64,000 bases of DNA. Origin: the human T2T-CHM13v2.0 reference genome, Homo sapiens. The notes below the pieces were generated by a model, which was not told the DNA's origin, did not search any database, and saw nothing but the letters and a program-made list of their open reading frames with translations. Position numbers and translations under genes: made by a program. The stretch lies in assembly GCF_009914755.1 (NCBI RefSeq), contig NC_060948.1. One strand, given 5' to 3'. Positions 59,201 through 64,000 of the stretch are shown piece by piece; the first letter of the stretch is position 1; the number at the start of each line of letters is the position of its first letter.

Positions 59201-60780
59201 ATGGAATCGAACTGAAGAGACTGGAATGGAATGCACTGGAATGGAAGGGAGTGTAATGGAAGGTTCTCGAAAAAAATGGAATCGAATGGAATGGAATTGA
59301 ATGGAACGGAATAGAGTCGAATGGAATTGAATGGAATGGAATGGACTAGAGTGAAATGGAATCGAACCACAAGGAATGGACAGGAATAGAATGGTCTCGA
59401 ATTGAATGGAATCGTATGGAATGGCATCAAACGGAAAGGAATGGACAGCCACGGAATGGAATGCACTCGAATGCAATGGAGTCGAAACTAATGGACTGGA
59501 ATAGAATGGACTCGACTGGTACGGACTCCAATGGAATGGAATCGAATGGAAGGGAATCGATCGGAATGGACTCGAAGGGAAAAGACTGCAATGGAAAGGT
59601 CTCGAATGGAATGGAAATTAATGGAATGGAATGGAATCGAATGAAATGGAGTCAAAAGGAATGGAATCGAATGGCAAGAAATCGAATGTAATGGATTCGC
59701 AAGGAATTGATGTGAACGGAATGGAATGGAATGGAATCCAAAGGAATGGAATAGAATGGAATGGAATCGAATGGAAAGGACTCGAATGGAAATCACTCGA
59801 ATAGAATGCAATTTAATAAAATAGGATCAAATGTAATGGAATGGAATGGAAAGGAATCGAAACGAAAGGAATGGAGACAGATGGAATGGAATGGTACAGA
59901 GAGCAATGGTATAGAATGGAATGGAATCATCTGGAATGGAATTGAATGGAATGGAATAATATGAAATCGAATGGAATGGAATGGAATGGAATGCCCTTGA
60001 ATTAAATGGACTGGAATGGAATGGACTCCAACAGAGTGGAATGGAAAGTGTTGAGATAGAATGGAATGGACTCCTTTGGAATGGTGTAGTATGCAATGCA
60101 ATCGACTGGCAGGGAATCAAAAGGAATGTAATCGAATGGATTGGACTGGAATGCAATGGACTCGAATAGATTGGAAACGGAATGCAAAGGAATGGAATGG
60201 AATAGTATGGAATGGAATGGAAAGGAATGGAGTGGAATAGACTAGAGTGGAATTGAATGGACTGGAAAGCAATGGACTGGAATGGAACTTTCTTGAAAGG
60301 ACTGGAATCAAACGGAATGGAATGCAATGCAATCAAATGGCATGGAATAAAATAGAATGAAAGAGAATCAAATGGAATTGAATCGAATGGAATCGAATGG
60401 ATTGGAAAGGATTAGAATGGAATGGAATGGAATTGACTCAAATGGAATGGACTAGAATGGAATGGATTCGAATGGAAGGCAAAGGAATGGAATCTATTGG
60501 AATGGACTGTAATTGAATGGAATGGAAGGGATTGGAATGGACTCGAATGGAATGGACTGCAATAGAAAGGATTCGAATGGAATGAAAAAGAATTGAATGG
60601 AATAGAACAGATTGGAATCAAATCGAATGAAATGGAATGGAATAGAAAGGAATGGAATGAAATGGAATGGAAAGGATTCGAATGGAATGCAATCGAATGG
60701 AATGGAATCGAACGGAATGGAATAAAATGGAAGAAAACTGGCAAGAAATGGAATCGAAATGAATGGAGTGTTATGGAACG
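50300..60780. repeat. Distal copy of the A-B-C unit block from ~650-11100 (offset ~49.64 kb)
   Basis: GGCC offsets 1886->51527 (49641), 5434->55074 (49640) and 8958->58603 (49645). A, B and C diagnostics recur in the same order. Confidence 0.85.
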
Positions 60781-63700
60781 GACTCAAAAGGAATTGAATA
60801 TAATAGAATGGAGTGGAGTGGACTCGAATATAATGGACTGGAATGGAATGAAATCACATGGAATGGGAACGAATGGAATGGAATGGAAAGGAATGGAATC
60901 GAATGGAAAGGAATCGAATAGAAGGGAATTAAATTGAATCAACAGGAATGGAAGGGAATAGAATAGACGGTAATGGAATGGACTCGAATAGAATGGACAC
61001 GAATGCTCAAATTGAATGGACACGAATGGAATGGAAACGAAAGGAATGTCATCGAATGGAATTGAATCGATTGGAATGAAATCGCATAGAATGGAGTGGA
61101 ATCAAATGGAATTGAATCGAAAGGAAAGGAAGCGAATGGACTGAAATGAAATGGAATGGAATTGAATGGAAAGTAATGCAATGGAATAGAATGGAACGAA
61201 ATTTCACGGAATGGAATCAAACTGAATGGAATCAAATCAATGGAATCAAATCAAATGGAATGGAAAGGAATTGAATGGAGTAGATTGGATTGGATGGGAT
61301 TGGAATGAAATGTACTGGAAAGGACTCGAATTTCATGAAACGGAATGGAATGAATTGGAACGGAATGGACTCGAATGGAATGGAATGTCATGGAATGGCA
61401 TCAAATGGAATGGCATCAAATGGAATGGAATCGAATGCAATGGAATGCTATGGAATGGAATGGAATGCATTGGAATGGAATGTCCTCTAATGGAATGGAT
61501 TCGAGTGGAATGGAATCGAATATAATGGAGTCAAATGAAATGGAATTGAAAGGAATGGGATCGAATAGAATGGAATATACTGGAATGTAATGTAATGAAC
61601 TCGAATGTAATTGACTGGAATGGAATGTACATGAATGGAATGTAATCGAATGGAAAGTAATCCAATGGAATAGAATCTAATGCAATAAAATCGACTCAGA
61701 TAGAGTAGAATGTAATGGAATGGAGTGCAGTGCAATGGAATAGAATGGAATGGAATGCAATGGAATGGAATGGAATGGAATGGAATGGAATGGAATGGAA
61801 TGGGATGGGATGGAATGGTATGGAATGGATAGTAATGAACTGGAGTGAAATGGACTGGAAAGGAATGGAGTCAAATTGAAAGGGCTCGAAAGGAATGGAG
61901 TCAAATGGAATAGTCTGGAATGGAATGAACACGAATGTAATGCAATCCAATAGAATGGAATCGAATGGCATGGAATATAAAGAAATGGAATCGAAGAGAA
62001 TGGAAACAAATGGAATGGAATTGAATGGAATGGAATTGAATGGAATGGGAACGAATTGAGTGAAATTGTATGCAGTAGAAGGGAATAGAATGGAATGCAA
62101 GCGAAAGGAAAGGAATGGATTGGAATGGAATGGAATTCATTGGAATGGAAGGGAATGTAGTGTAATGGACAGGCCTGGAATAAAGTGGAATGCTACGGTC
62201 TCGAACGGAATAAAAATGTATGGAATGGAATGCAATGAAACGGAATCGAATGTCATAGAATGTAATGGAATGCAAAAAAATGGAATCCAAAATCATTGAC
62301 TGGAAAGGCTGGGTGTCGAAAGGAATTGACTCCAATGGAATGGAATCGAATGGAATGGAAGTGAATAGAATCGAACTAAATCGAATGGAATGGAATTGAT
62401 AGGAACGGAATGGAAAGGAATGCAATGATTTGGCATGGAATGGAATCGAATGGCATCGAATGGAATGGAATGGAATGCAATGGAATGGAATGTATTAGAA
62501 TGTAATGAACTTTAATGGAATGTACTCGAATGGATTCGACTGGAATGGAATGTTCTGGAAGTGAATGTACTCCAATTGAATGGATTCGAAAGGAATGGAA
62601 TCTATTGGAATGGAATTAAATGGAAATGAATCAAATTGAATAGAACGGAATTGAATTGAATGGAATCGAATGCAATGGAATCTAATGAAACGGAAAGGAA
62701 AGGAATGGAATGGATTGGAATGGAATGGGCTGGAATGGAATGGAATCGAAACGAATGGAATGGAATCGAACTGAAGAGACTGGAATGGAATGCACTGGAA
62801 TGGAAGGGAATGTAATGGAAGGTTCTCGAAAAAAATGGAATCGAAAGGAATGGAATTGAATGGAACGGAATAGAGTCGAATGGAATTCAATGGAATGGAA
62901 TGGACTAGAGTGAAATGGAATCGAACCACAAGGAATGGACAGGAATAGAATGGTCTCGAATTGAATGGAATCGTATGGAATGGCATCAAACGGAATGGAA
63001 TGGACAGCCACGGAATGGAATGCACTCGAATGCAATGGAGTCGACACTAATGGACTGGAATAGAATGGACTCGACTGGTACGGACTCCAATGGAATGGAA
63101 TCGAATGGAAGGGAATCGAACGGAATGGACTCGAAGGGAAAAGACTGCAATGGAAAGGTCTCGAATGGAATGGAAATTAATGGAATGGAATGGAATCGAA
63201 TGAAATGGAGTCAAAAGGAATGGAATCGAATGGCAAGAAATCAAATGTAATGGAATCGCAAGGAATTGATGTGAACGGAACGGAATGGAATGGAATCGAA
63301 AGGGATGGAATGGAATCGAATGGAAAGGACTCGAATGGAAATCACTCGAATAGAATGCAATTTAATAAAATAGGATCAAATGTAATGGAATGGAATGGAA
63401 AGGAATCGAAACGAAAGGAATGGAGACAGATGGAATGGAATGGAACAGAGAGCAATGGTATAGAATGGAATGGAATCATCTGGAATGGAATTGAATGGAA
63501 TGGAATAATATGAAATGGAATGGAATGGAATGGAATGGAATGCCCTTGAATTAAATGGACCGGACTCGAACAGAGTGGAATGGAAAGTGTTGAGATAGAA
63601 TGGAATGGACTCCTTTGGAATGGTGTAGTATGCAATGCAATCGACTGGCAGGGAATCAAAAGGAATGTAATGGAATGGATTGGACTGGAATGCAATGGAC

Positions 63701-64000
63701 TCGAATAGATTGGAAACGGAATGCAAAGGAATAGAATGGAATAGTATGGAATGGAATGGAAAGGAATGGAGTGGAATAGACTAGAGTGGAATGGAATGGA
63801 CTGGAAAGCAATGGACTGGAATGGAACTTTCTTGAATGGACTGGAATCAAACGGAATGGAATGCAATGCAATCAAATGGCATGGAATAAAATAGAATGAA
63901 AGAGAATCAAATGGAATTGAATCGAATGGAATCGAATGGATTGGAAAGGAATAGAATGGAATGGAATGGAATTGACTCAAATGGAATGGACTAGAATGGA

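Larger units (their letters stand above)
1..64000. repeat. DYZ1: Human satellite 3 (HSat3) array, DYZ1-type (Yq12 heterochromatin), ~18 tandem ~3.55 kb units, GGAAT on the + strand throughout
   Basis: Continuous GGAAT-derived pentamers. One GGCC per unit at 1886, 5434, 8958, 12531, 16055, 19659, 23213, 26752, 30291, 33825, 37358, 40897, 44429, 47973, 51527, 55074, 58603 and 62172 (spacings 3524-3604 bp, mean ~3546). Unit size, the single HaeIII site, the nearby EcoRI site and four register breaks fit the known ~3.56 kb DYZ1 unit. HSat3 is certain; the DYZ1/Y assignment is from recall, not alignment. Confidence 0.93.

Noticed and set aside
121-63980. Hundreds of 60-318 aa ORFs on both strands (MEWNG- and IPFHS-rich)
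   Set aside because: Pure (GGAAT)n has no stop codon in any frame and translates to these pentapeptides. The ORFs overlap in all frames, repeat with each unit, and gain or lose stops and frame freely. There is no recognisable domain.
1-64000. CRISPR-like or other prokaryotic repeat-spacer system
   Set aside because: There are no unique spacers or associated genes, and all variation is pentamer-derived.
1-64000. HSat2, DYZ2, Alu/L1 insertions or strand inversions
   Set aside because: None seen. GGAATGGAAT dominates rather than the HSat2 CATTCGATTC-type pattern, orientation is constant, and no non-pentamer insert longer than ~20 bp was found.

Overview
The whole 64 kb window is one uninterrupted, single-orientation array of degenerate (GGAAT)n/(ATTCC)n pentamers, i.e. 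human satellite 3 (HSat3). It is built from about 18 tandem ~3.55 kb units, each with one HaeIII/StuI site (AGGCCT) and normally an EcoRI site 39 bp upstream of the HaeIII site. This matches DYZ1, the Y-chromosome Yq12 satellite; the assignment is from pattern recognition and recall, not a database search. I see no genes, RNA genes, transposons, inversions or DYZ2 blocks, and every ORF in the track is a translation artefact of the pentamer (MEWNG / IPFHS repeats). The real structure lies in the repeat itself. (1) Each unit has three in-register GAA->TTC pentamers that create perfect nGAAnnTTCnnGAAn heat-shock elements, about 52 intact in the window, and one subtype has lost one of them. (2) Unit subtypes, labelled A-G here, record nested duplications at 1-, 2-, 4- and 14-unit periods (~3.5, ~7.1, ~14.1 and ~49.6 kb), with locatable breakpoints and mosaic units. 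(3) Four fixed register breaks keep unit length at 4 mod 5. I found no new protein-coding system.
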